From positions 96,001 through 160,000 of IMG/VR virus record IMGVR_UViG_3300022848_000777: a DNA stretch of 64,000 nt; one strand, 5' to 3'. The stretch comes from a virus. Every line of letters starts with the position of its first letter. Positions within the stretch are counted from its first letter, which is position 1. Of this stretch, positions 42,916 to 53,280 are shown in pieces. The position numbers were made by a program, and so were the translations under genes. The notes beneath the pieces are model-generated. The model made no database searches. It worked only from the letters and a program-made list of their open reading frames with translations, and had not been told where the DNA came from.

Positions 42916-42988
42916 GCGGGTGAGGGGTTAAGGGAATACCCGTTTAACTTCCAGTTAGAAGAAGGTGGGTCAGTTCCATCCACCCGCT
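42916..42988 (+). tRNA. tRNA-Gly(TCC), non-canonical T loop
   Basis: Acceptor GCGGGTG/CACCCGC+T, loop CT-TCC-AG, T loop GTCAGTT instead of TTCRANY. Confidence 0.75.
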
Positions 42989-43094
42989 CAAAAAGATTTA
43001 ACATTAATTTAACATATTAAATTTGGATATCTTATTTAAGTTTCGTATATTGTGGGTGTTAAATAAGTAAAGAAATCGTTCTTTGAAAGTATTG

Positions 43095-44150
43095 AAAGTA
43101 TTAAACTAAATACATGATTAATCCTACTTCGGTAGTAGGCACCGATTTGGCATCGGGGTTGAAGATAATCTACGTATTACCACTGTCCAATGGGAGTTTA
43201 ATAATATTGGGTAGTTTGATATCCAATTAAAGTATCATCGATGTGTAACAGCCAGGCTGACAATAAGTTGATAGTTTAATAAAGAATAGAAATCCGTAAG
43301 GATTTTGAAAGGTGATATATCACATCTCATCGCTAATTCGTTAGTTCATTTAAACAAGCAACATCTTACCTGATACTCAAATCAGGCCATCATTACCAAA
43401 TGGTGGATATAGCAGTAAGTTGATGTAATCGGGCCCTTGAGAAAGGATACGTTCAGAGCCATTCGGTGAGAACTAATAAGTGTAGTAACTTACCCCATTA
43501 CAAACTAAATCAATGTAGTTAGAATAGGATAAGTTGTAGAGTGTGAGTTTGATTCCTTGCTAGGGATAAGGCGAACATTCAGTATGAAAGGTAAAAGGAT
43601 TCGTATAGAATTCGTAGTAATCTTAAAATACCGCACAGTAGGATTTGCAATCCGAAACGTATGAGGTGTGTTGTATTTTGTATCTCAAAAGGGTATGAAG
43701 CAACTGTTGAAGCACACCTTCGTGAATTTAAACTTTGTAAGTTAGCTCAGTTGGTAGAGCATTTGCCTCAGAAGCAGATTGTCGGTGGTTCAAATCCATC
43801 ACTTACTATCATATAGATAGAAAAAAGCAAAGACTTCAACAGTTATGGAAAACAAATCACCTAATCCTACACTCTTAGGAGAATGTAGGTTCGTAGAAGC
43901 TCGCAAGGCAGAAATGAATTGATTGAATTCTGCACTTAATCACTTCGCGGTGATGAATGGCTCGCAAGGTCAGAGGAAAGATGAAAGTTGAGTAGTTCCA
44001 TAATGATATGAGTATAGCCACTCATTAAAAAAGGCGGTGATGTTGTCATACATTCGTGTTGAATGTGGATACGTTATTAACAATAGAGGTCGCACTTTAT
44101 TGGCACGGTAACAAAAGTGATAACATAAGAGGTTTAATCTCAACCTACCA
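43095..44150 (+). ncRNA. GOLLD-like giant structured RNA
   Basis: About 1.05 kb ORF-free and hairpin-rich (GNRA/UUCG loops), behind its own promoter, adjacent to tRNAs and containing an embedded tRNA. Segments ggtgtgttgtatt..caaaag..gaagcacacc, ctcgcaagg (twice), gagtag and 3' taatctca match my recollection of GOLLD. Confidence 0.65.
43736..43808 (+). tRNA. tRNA with CAG anticodon but short variable loop, embedded in the giant RNA
   Basis: GTAAGT/ACTTAC, GCTC-AGTTGGTA-GAGC, TTTGC-CTCAGAA-GCAGA, TTGTC, GGTGG-TTCAAAT-CCATC. Confidence 0.78.
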
Positions 44151-44509
44151 ATTAAATTCTCAATACATACGTTATTAACGTTCTGTTAATAATTCACAAA
44201 TGGCTTGTTTATTCAAGTATTTTTTCATATATTACATCATGTCGAACTTAAAAGATCATTGGAAACATAAGATAGGAAATAAACCTGTCCATCACTTTAC
44301 CTCAGAACATTTTCCAGTAGAATTGATTATATTATCTGCTGGAATGATGTGTGATTCCCGTGGTGAATACGTAGAACATTATCATGTAATTGATTGTTCA
44401 TCTGATTCTCCACCAAATATCACACCACCATCATTGGGATTATCAACCGAAAAAGAATTAGAATTCAGATTTAATATAAATTTTAAACAAATAACAAATA
44501 ACAAATAAT

Positions 44510-44707
44510 ATGAATTGGTATTCAGTAAAAGTAAAAGTAATTACCGATAACGGTAAGACAACAAAAAAAGTAACAGAGCAATATTTAGTTAATGCGGTAT
44601 CAGTATCAGATGGAGAAGTTAAGATACATGAGTTGTTCAAAAGTTCAGGGTTGGAATATGAAGTTTCCTCAGTGACTGCAACTAAAATTCTTGAGGTAAT
44701 TAATTAA
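44510..44707 (+). CDS. DUF4494-like protein
   Basis: WYSVKVK...KKVTEQYLVNAVSVSDGE, a Bacteroidota-type family. Confidence 0.65.
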   Translation: MNWYSVKVKVITDNGKTTKKVTEQYLVNAVSVSDGEVKIHELFKSSGLEYEVSSVTATKILEVIN

Positions 44708-44708
44708 T

Positions 44709-46284
44709 ATGAAAAGCCCAACATTTGATAAAATAAAGAAATTTGTTAAGTCGGAATATCCTACAGCTAAAACTGCTGCTGATAATAACGGCAAATACTT
44801 TGTATCTGATGATAACGGTAAACTAATGAAAGCATATTTCATACCCAATCAGACCAAAGTATTTGCCGCTTGGCATGCTGTGTATGATATTATTAAAATC
44901 GATCAGAACATACAACGAACTCACCCAAATAAAATGGATTTAGCATCCGATGCGAAAAAAGCAATGAAAATAGAAAAAAGATTATTGAAAAGAAGATTTA
45001 GATAGTTTCACATATTTATAGATGAGGTATGGAAGATGAAGAAACACAAAAAAATAAAGAAACTTATTTTAAATCAGCAGTGGATGAATTGCCCCGAAAC
45101 TGGTACAGTGATCGGAGTTGGCAGGATGAATATGAGGTCGATATGGGGGAGATAGATAAAACGAACCCACTATTTCAATCCATATATAATACAGATGCAG
45201 ACTTTAACTCAGTTATAGATGAAATAAAATCAAATAATAAAGATCATCTAACAACTTTATCTCTACTGCCAGAACCAAAGTCTTTCGATTGGGATTTAGT
45301 AACCAAGAGTAACAGCATTATTACTTATGTAAATGAAGTTTGTGATACCACCGTACATAATGTAGTTGAAGAACCATTATTAGATGATTACTTTAACATA
45401 ACATCTAATGACATATTATCTAATATTCTTTTCAGTAGAGGGGATAATGGGTATATTATCACTGGTACATCAAATACATGGAAGTTATTAGAGAAATTAT
45501 CCATTAGAATGCATTCAAAAGTATTTGATATGCCGATGAAAGTAGGGATGTCTGAAACGGAAATAGCATTTGTGGGCAATTTAATGCGATATTATATTGT
45601 TCATCATTATCAATTAAATAATGATGTGATGTTATACCTAAACGAGTTATATAAAAAATATAGATAGGAGAGATATGAATGATGTAAGTGATTGGTGGGA
45701 TGATGATGAAATCGATATATTTTCGACATTATCTAATGAAGATAAAATATCGTATATGTATGATTTATATTGTGATCCTGATGGTAATAAAATCATGTAT
45801 GATGATAAGTTTGATGATGAAGTTGATGATGATAGTGAATTTTTAGATAGTGAAGAATCAATCGGTGTTACTGAAAATAAAAATGAAATAGTAATATTTG
45901 GCACTAATAAAAGTTCAATCGATGTTGTCGCGAGTAGAATATTTATGAATGGTATTATATTAAAATTACAATCCATTGATACCGCTAACTCTAAATGTAA
46001 AGTAACCTATAAAATAATTGGTGTAGTAAATTCAATATCTGTAAACTAATATGAATAATATAAATCAAATGATAAGTATAAACGACAACTTATATAGTAT
46101 CATCAGACGAATTAAAATTAATAATAAACCAATACTTGCATACTGGAAGGTTGCAAATAAATGCGATAGTGTGTTTAAGAAGGATGGGTATTATTATTTA
46201 TGTAGGAAAATTGAAGAGATTGAGTTTAAAGAAATATCTTATGTAAATAAGTATCTACCTGTTGTAATAAAACAGGGGGAATAA
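44709..46284 (+). CDS. hypothetical proteins (44709-45005, 45029-45667, 45675-46049, 46051-46284)
   Basis: Contiguous ORFs. Confidence 0.6.
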
Positions 46285-46299
46285 TCCCACTGTTATTCG

Positions 46300-46824
46300 T
46301 TAAAAGCTAGCTTTATGTAATACATTAACTAACTTTCGTTTTTCATCATCCCATACAAGTTTAGTATCCCTATATGTGAACTTATAAACGATACGCCTAG
46401 TTACACTTTCTTCTGGTTTCGAAATTTCTAATATAAAGCATTCTTTTTGAGTGCATATTAAAAACCGTTCATTGTTTAGATTAATTTCAATCTTACAATA
46501 ACCATGTCTATGAATATTACCAGTCCACCAAAATTCACCAAATAACTCACATTCCATTTCAGGGGGCAATGGTAAATAATGCGATCCATCTGATTCAATA
46601 AGTGCAAAAAGAACTACAGTCTGTGGGAATATAATATCCACTTTAAGACCACTTTTTTGATCGTAGGTATCTAATCCCGTTTTAAATACCTGATGATCAC
46701 CTATTCGACCACGTCGTTCTTTATAGGGATCAATCACTTTATTTTGAGCATTTACGTTAAATCCCATCAAAACTAATATTACTAAACTCATTATTATTCT
46801 TAGCATATATCCCCCTGCCCACAT
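46300..46824 (-). CDS. hypothetical exported protein (the only credible minus-strand gene)
   Basis: Does not overlap plus-strand genes; signal peptide MLRIIMSLVILVLMGFNVNAQ. Confidence 0.65.
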   Translation of the reverse strand: MWAGGYMLRIIMSLVILVLMGFNVNAQNKVIDPYKERRGRIGDHQVFKTGLDTYDQKSGLKVDIIFPQTVVLFALIESDGSHYLPLPPEMECELFGEFWWTGNIHRHGYCKIEINLNNERFLICTQKECFILEISKPEESVTRRIVYKFTYRDTKLVWDDEKRKLVNVLHKASF

Positions 46825-47514
46825 AGATGGTAACTTGTTCTGCTCACTATATATATATTCAATAATCTAAGTTACCGAATAAACTTAACATAAATTTAAT
46901 GTAGAAAGTTTGGTGTCTCCAAATTAAATGATTACTTTTGATTAAAATAAAAAATATGGGATTTACTATAAACGAGAAGTTTGAAACTGAACTTCATTAC
47001 CAAGATGTGGCATTAATTTCGGTTGCATTTTCTGAGAAAATTGAGAGACACGAACATACAATGAATCAAGATCAACTAAAACGGATGAATCGATTAGTTG
47101 ATAGATTGGGGGTTGAAATGTATGATCATCCAGATAATGATATTGATATATCATCTGAGTTTGAAAGGAAGTTGTTTAAATTAATAAACAAATATACCTC
47201 AGCGGGCCTTAAAAAACCTGAATTAGTTAAAAAAATGGAATGGGTAACTGATAGTTGTAAAACGAGTTAAATGAAAAATAAATATGAATGAGTTGAATGA
47301 GTTCAGTAAATCTACGATCAGTGATATGGATGAGTTGATTGGGTGTAAATTCAAAAGAAACGTATATGGAGTTTCCAAATGGACTGATGTTATCAAATAT
47401 GTATCTATTGTTAGAGAATGCAGTTTCAAGGTGCCTGGTTGGAAACCTGTGATTATGGTTAGGGGTAATCTTCATTCATACCCAATTGATGAAATTTTAA
47501 TATTTGATTAATTT

Positions 47515-47539
47515 AAACACCCAGTTTGGGTGTTTTTTT
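47515..47539 (+). terminator. intrinsic terminator
   Basis: aaacaccca-gtt-tgggtgttttttt. Confidence 0.8.
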
Positions 47540-47771
47540 ATATCTACTAATTAGATATAGTATTCCCGAAACCTCTTATGATGATACTTATTTTTTTCTT
47601 ATCCCTTAATTAATAGGATTTTAATTATTGTCAATCTGATATTAAAGAATAACTTATTAGTTTGTACTTATATATACATGGTTAATCTAAAGATCAAACA
47701 TGAATAAGTAAAAAAGAATTGAATCAAGCTCATAAGTATTTATTATAACTACAATTTAAAAAGTTAATTAC

Positions 47772-48686
47772 ATGGTGTTTTGGAAAACTATTTTTAAAAA
47801 AAGTACACTTTTTATAATTCTGATGGTATTATCTACATTTGGATTATCATTCACAGCTGCATATTATTCTGTTTACGGTCTTAGTTCATTGTTCGCTGGA
47901 TCTCAGATTGAAGTTATTATTATGGCATCAACCTTAGAATTCTCAAAGTTGGTAATTGCAAGTTACCTACATAATCATTGGAAACGGATAGGGGTATTTT
48001 TAAAGACTTATTTGACATTAGGGGTTGTTATATTAATGTTAATAACATCAGCTGGAGTTTATGGATTTTTGACATCAGCTTATCAGTCGACTGCATTTGA
48101 AATGGATATATTCAATAATAAGGTTGAGTTGTTAGAAACTAAGAAAGATCGGTTCATCACTGAATCAAACAGATATACAATTGATCGGAACAATATATCC
48201 AATTCGATAAATGAGTTGACAAAAGGACTGTCTAACAACGTTATTCAATATAAAGATGATGACACTGGTAAAATAATAACAACTACATCAAGTGCAACCC
48301 GCTCGGTGTTGAATACACAACTTAATGTTTCTCAAATAAATTACGATAAGTTATCAGATAAGATCAATACATTAAATGATTCTATTACAAAATATGAGCT
48401 ACGGATTATGTCTGTAAAATCAGAAAGTACTATCTCATCTGAGTTAGGACCATTATTATACTTAACAGAACTAACAGGAAAACCTATGAATGAGGTTGTG
48501 AATTGGTTTACATTATTAATTGTAATTGTATTTGACCCATTAGCAATTGCTATGGTTATAGCACTAAACAAATATGTATCCTATGTTAGTAATAATGAGG
48601 ATAATACTAAGGTCGATATTGTTCCACAGAAAACGAAACTTATCAATTCTGATAAAACTTCAATAAGAAAAAGAAAAAGAAAGTAG
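47772..48686 (+). CDS. membrane protein with coiled-coil domain
   Basis: Three N-terminal TM segments, a coiled coil, then ELGPL...IVIVFDPLA and a C-terminal TM segment. Confidence 0.7.
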   Translation: MVFWKTIFKKSTLFIILMVLSTFGLSFTAAYYSVYGLSSLFAGSQIEVIIMASTLEFSKLVIASYLHNHWKRIGVFLKTYLTLGVVILMLITSAGVYGFLTSAYQSTAFEMDIFNNKVELLETKKDRFITESNRYTIDRNNISNSINELTKGLSNNVIQYKDDDTGKIITTTSSATRSVLNTQLNVSQINYDKLSDKINTLNDSITKYELRIMSVKSESTISSELGPLLYLTELTGKPMNEVVNWFTLLIVIVFDPLAIAMVIALNKYVSYVSNNEDNTKVDIVPQKTKLINSDKTSIRKRKRK

Positions 48687-48747
48687 CTTATAATTTGTTT
48701 AATCGTAAAATATTTCGTATATTGCATAAAATAATAATAAAAAAACT

Positions 48748-49062
48748 ATGGAATACAGATACGAAAAACCATTAGGTGATAGGGTTGTTGTCGATATAAT
48801 CAAAAACAAAGAAGAGAAAACAGCAGGTGGATTATTAAAACCAGCGGGCCTTGATGATACTATGATGGGTATTGTTTTAATAACAGGAGATGGATTATTT
48901 ACTCAAACTGGTGATAGAATACAAATGACTGTAAAAGCGGGTGATACGGTACTGCTACAAGGTACAGGCGTTAAGCATAAAAACGGTGATAAATCATATC
49001 AGATATACCGTGAAGGTGATATTTTATCAATAGTAACCCCAATATATAATATAGAAATATGA
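48748..49062 (+). CDS. groES: co-chaperonin GroES
   Basis: KPLGDRVVV...EEKTAGGL...GDG...VKAGDTVL...REGDIL. Confidence 0.92.
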   Translation: MEYRYEKPLGDRVVVDIIKNKEEKTAGGLLKPAGLDDTMMGIVLITGDGLFTQTGDRIQMTVKAGDTVLLQGTGVKHKNGDKSYQIYREGDILSIVTPIYNIEI

Positions 49063-49820
49063 TTCATATCTTAGATGAAAATGAAATTACAAGTAATTAT
49101 AAACTTTTAAGAGAGATTATATCCAATACTTTTAAAGGTGATCGGTTAATTGCTTTGAATAATATGTATGATGTACTGGAAGAGAGAATCTTACTAACAC
49201 CTGCATCTTCAACTGATTTTTTTCATAATGCCTTCGCTGGTGGTTATATAGATCATGTATTACGTGTTACACGTAATGCAGTAAACGTAATGAAACTTTA
49301 TGAAGATTCCGAAATGGAGATTGGTGATTTTGATACTGAAACATTAATCTTTACAGCACTTCACCATGATTTAGGTAAGATTGGTAATGAAACTGAAAAT
49401 TGGTACATACCTAATGATTCCCAATGGCATGTTGAGAATCAAGGTAAAATATATACCACAAATCCTAGTATGCATTACATGAATTTAAATGATCGTACTT
49501 TTTGGATGTTGAATCATTTTGGTATTAAGATTTCAGAGGTAGAGTATCTTGGGATCAAACTAACAGATGGGTTGTATGATGAATCTAATAAGCAATACTT
49601 TATATCATATAATAAAAACAATTATTTAAAGACATCATTACCGTTTATAATGCATCAGGCTGACATTATGGCGGCAAGATATGAAAATGACCGATGGAGA
49701 CGTGGGAGTGGGGTAGCATTACCTAAATCAACAGGTGGTCGTCCATCTAAAAAAGAAAAGCTAAGTTCGATCAAAATGGAATCGAAATTAGATTTTGATA
49801 GTATATTTAAAACGGATTAA
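49059..49820 (+). CDS. HD-domain phosphohydrolase (YhaM-like HD)
   Basis: PASS..FHNAFAGGYIDHVL, LHHDLGK, MHQAD. Confidence 0.82.
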   Translation: MIHILDENEITSNYKLLREIISNTFKGDRLIALNNMYDVLEERILLTPASSTDFFHNAFAGGYIDHVLRVTRNAVNVMKLYEDSEMEIGDFDTETLIFTALHHDLGKIGNETENWYIPNDSQWHVENQGKIYTTNPSMHYMNLNDRTFWMLNHFGIKISEVEYLGIKLTDGLYDESNKQYFISYNKNNYLKTSLPFIMHQADIMAARYENDRWRRGSGVALPKSTGGRPSKKEKLSSIKMESKLDFDSIFKTD

Positions 49821-50135
49821 AAATATAATATGGTAGCAACGATAGTAATTTTAGGAATTGTATTAAGTGTGTGTGTTTTTATAATATACAATCTTTTCAA
49901 AAAATTAGAAAAATTAGAAGATGAAAATGAAACAAATTATGGATTTTTTATAGCAAGTTTTAATTCAATGAAATCAGCATATATGAAAATGAAGGATATT
50001 GATACATTGGGTTCATTTGAATCTGATGATGAATCTGGATCGATATTCGCTGAAATTAAATCCGCAATGAATTCACTTAATGATGAATTTAATTTAGATA
50101 ATAATGTAGAAGAAACTGAGGGGAGAAATTAGAGA

Positions 50136-50861
50136 ATGGGGGAAGTTAAGAAAATAAAGAAAAGAAGAAGAAAAAAATCAAAACGGTATTTTACACATAT
50201 AACACAAGTAGCAATATGTGCATACAATGGAACTGATGATCAACGGCTTAGAAATAAGATTTATAAACGATTTATACAATATCCATTTGATAAGTTAGCA
50301 GAAAATGCGATAAACACATTTAAAACAAAATATTTTAATGATTCATTCGATGATGTAAAAGCTAATGTGGTGGCATTCCTTAATGAAAAGATACATATGT
50401 ATATTCCTGAAAACGGTAAAGCATTTTCATACTTTACAGTTATATCTAGGCATTATCTATGGAATGAGAATAACAAAAATTATGATATTCTTAAGTCACG
50501 TGATACGTTAGAGGCTGTTGATTTATCTAGAGATATTGTAAATGAAGTTTATTCAGAAAGTAGTAGAGAATATAAATCAGAATTTATTGATTTATTTTCA
50601 GAATACATTGATGTTAATTTGAATACGTTATTTTCTAAACAACGTGATAGATCGATTGCTGATAGTGTAAATGAGTTATTTAAACGTAGGCATAATTTAT
50701 ATTCTTATAACAAAAAAGCACTGTATATACTTATTAGAGAACGAACTAATGTCAATACTCAATACATAACTCGCGTTGTTAACATATTAAAAACCTTATA
50801 TCTAAAGTTATACACTGAGTACAATGCAAATGGACATATAAAAATAAAAATAGATGGATAA
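50136..50861 (+). CDS. putative late-transcription sigma factor (T4 gp55-like)
   Basis: YFT...KLAENAI...DDVKANVVAFL.EK.HMY....GKAFSYFTVISR, a region-2-like motif; sits at the head of the structural cluster. Confidence 0.65.
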   Translation: MGEVKKIKKRRRKKSKRYFTHITQVAICAYNGTDDQRLRNKIYKRFIQYPFDKLAENAINTFKTKYFNDSFDDVKANVVAFLNEKIHMYIPENGKAFSYFTVISRHYLWNENNKNYDILKSRDTLEAVDLSRDIVNEVYSESSREYKSEFIDLFSEYIDVNLNTLFSKQRDRSIADSVNELFKRRHNLYSYNKKALYILIRERTNVNTQYITRVVNILKTLYLKLYTEYNANGHIKIKIDG

Positions 50862-51219
50862 GGATACAGAATTATTTAAAGGTAAATCATTTTCTGATTT
50901 AATGTCTCATATATATGACAATTCTAAAAAGAAAGATAGGCAGCTTAAACTATTAATAGCAACGTTAGAACCATTAGTTAAAGATCTTAATGATGCGACA
51001 GTGGTGGTTCCACTTATAAAAGAATATATGGAAATCGCTGTAAAGAATGATGAGCAGATTGTTAAGTTGGCAGCTATTGTGCAACGTATGTTAAAGGATT
51101 CTAGTTCTGGTAATGATGATTCATTTGGATTGTCAGATGAAGAAAAGAAACAACTTCTGAGTAACGCAAGAGAAATTGATAATAAAATTGATTTACTTAA
51201 AAAGAGTGAGGGTGATTAA
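50854..51219 (+). CDS. hypothetical helical protein
   Basis: ORF coupled to both neighbours. Confidence 0.6.
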   Translation: MDKDTELFKGKSFSDLMSHIYDNSKKKDRQLKLLIATLEPLVKDLNDATVVVPLIKEYMEIAVKNDEQIVKLAAIVQRMLKDSSSGNDDSFGLSDEEKKQLLSNAREIDNKIDLLKKSEGD

Positions 51220-52220
51220 TGTCTAATTTTTCATTAAATACTGGAATAGTTAAAAGTATAATTTTAAAAGATGATAATAGCAATTCGGTAAATTCTATTG
51301 GGGTTCATGTAGAGAATATCCCTAATAAATTAATCACAGCATACCCTTATGATTCTAATATAAAAAAAGTACCTTTAATGGGTGAGGCTGTATTATTAGT
51401 AAAATCGCATGATGGTAGTTCAAAACCAACCAACAAAACTTCCAATACTAGATATTATTACTTAAACCCGATTTCATTACAAAACAGTATTCATAATAAT
51501 GCGCTTCCTGGATCTAAAACAATCAAAGTTGTAGATCGAAATTTAGAATACCAATCAACTCAAACTGGAAATCCAAATACATCAAGGTTAAAATCAAATA
51601 AATATAATTTAGGAAATGGTTTTGTGGAAGTGAGTGGGATAAACCAATTGCAACCATTTATAGGTGATGTTATTATAGAAGGTAGATTTGGACATTCCCT
51701 TCGATTTGGATACACACCAAAGAATAGTGATACTACTCTCAGACCTTCTTGGAAATCGGCTAAAGTTGAAGAACCAATAATCATATTATCAAATGGTAGA
51801 AAATCATCTAAAGGTTCTAATAAATATACCATAGAGGATGTAAATGATGATTTATCATCAATCTGGCTAACATCTTCTCAAAATCTACCAATATCAACAG
51901 CTCAATCATTAGCATTGGGAGTGATACCGCAGAAAAGTTTTAATAAACCAACTATACTTATCAACTCTGATAGGATAATTTTAAATTCTAAATCAGATTA
52001 TATAATATTATCAGCTAAAAAATCAGTCAATATATCAACACCAAATTGGGCAGCTGATATGGATAAGATGTTCACTATATTAGAAAGTGTTATACAACAA
52101 TTAGCAGATTTAGTATCAGCTAAAGCAACCTTTGCAACAGGCGCAGGCCCAACTGGTGTAGCAACTAATCTACCACAAGTTCAAAAATTGTTAGCGGATC
52201 TCAAATTAATGGCACAATAA
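51219..52220 (+). CDS. baseplate hub/spike (gp5/gpV-like) protein
   Basis: N-terminal OB-like PLMGEAV, GDVIIEGRFGHSLRF, and beta-repeat ILINSDRIILNSK; located upstream of gp25. Confidence 0.6.
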   Translation: MSNFSLNTGIVKSIILKDDNSNSVNSIGVHVENIPNKLITAYPYDSNIKKVPLMGEAVLLVKSHDGSSKPTNKTSNTRYYYLNPISLQNSIHNNALPGSKTIKVVDRNLEYQSTQTGNPNTSRLKSNKYNLGNGFVEVSGINQLQPFIGDVIIEGRFGHSLRFGYTPKNSDTTLRPSWKSAKVEEPIIILSNGRKSSKGSNKYTIEDVNDDLSSIWLTSSQNLPISTAQSLALGVIPQKSFNKPTILINSDRIILNSKSDYIILSAKKSVNISTPNWAADMDKMFTILESVIQQLADLVSAKATFATGAGPTGVATNLPQVQKLLADLKLMAQ

Positions 52221-52222
52221 AT

Positions 52223-53270
52223 ATGCCAGCAAATTGGAGTACATTCGTAAATACAGTAGCACCTTTTTTAGATAGTGCCGTTCCCAAAACCGAAAGAGAC
52301 ACTGCCCGTGTCATATCAAATTCTTATAAAGCATCAACATCAATGGTGTCTATTTCTAATATAATTGGATCAATTCCAATATTAACACCACCTACTATAT
52401 TGATGGAAAATGCAATACTTGATGTATTTAATAAAACAAAACAATCAGGCCGTAAATCAATTCCACCGTATTATATTAAGTGGGCAAACGAACTATCATC
52501 GTATTGGTTACAAACTAAATGGAATCCACTTCCACCACCAATTGGATATGTGGGCCCGATTACAGGGGTAAATACTCAATTCGGTGGAATCGTAACAACT
52601 CTTAGTGTTAACCTGTTCAATGCATTTAATAACCCACCTTCACCCGTACCATTGGGAAATATTATATGCGCAAAATTAGTCACTGCATTTCAAATACATC
52701 TACTAACTATTACAGGATTATACATTGGAACTATACCATCACCAAATGGCCCTATACCAGGCCCACCATTTCCTTGGATTGGTATAGTGTAAAACAAATG
52801 AATTATATATTTATATAAAAGAACGTATTATGAAAGTATCGAAATTTAAGCAAATAATTGAAAACGCAGTAAAAAAGGCAGTGAAAGAGGAAATGAAATC
52901 TTTTTTAAATGAAATTGCCAAACCATCTGATGATGACATCATAGATGGTATAACTGATCAATCGGGTAATCAATTAATTGAAAACGAAAATATAAAAGAA
53001 CAGAAGTTTGCTGCAAACTCGACTTTAAATCGAATGCTAAACGAAACTTATATTCAAAATGAATGGAAAGATGTAAATGGCGAAGGTGGTCTTACATCAA
53101 AAAATGCAATGTCTTTTGATAAGAATGGTGTAACACAATCAATACCAACTAACGACATAGATGGTCGGCCTGTGGATGTAGAATCTTTACCAGATGGTGT
53201 TAAAAATATGTTCACTAAGGATTATTCAAAAATATTGAAAAAATCTAAAGAAAGAAGTTTAAGTAAATAA
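52223..53270 (+). CDS. two putative structural proteins (52223-52792, 52830-53270)
   Basis: Position within the baseplate cluster. Confidence 0.5.
52808..52815 (+). promoter_or_regulatory. putative late promoter TATTTATA
   Basis: Recurs in short intergenic gaps at 1721, 26818, 34661 (TACTTATA), 45013, 47737, 52808, 62125 and 63170. Confidence 0.6.
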
Positions 53271-53280
53271 AGGATAACTA

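Noticed and set aside
43736-43808. Opal suppressor or Sec tRNA (TCA visible in the loop)
   Set aside because: The only register giving a 5-bp stem with a 7-nt loop places CAG at 34-36; there is no long Sec-type arm.
34661-44150. RNase P RNA, SRP RNA or rRNA
   Set aside because: I could not find the GAGGAAAGUCC/AACAGAA P4 signature, the SRP GGAA/AGCAG motif in context, or rRNA conserved blocks.
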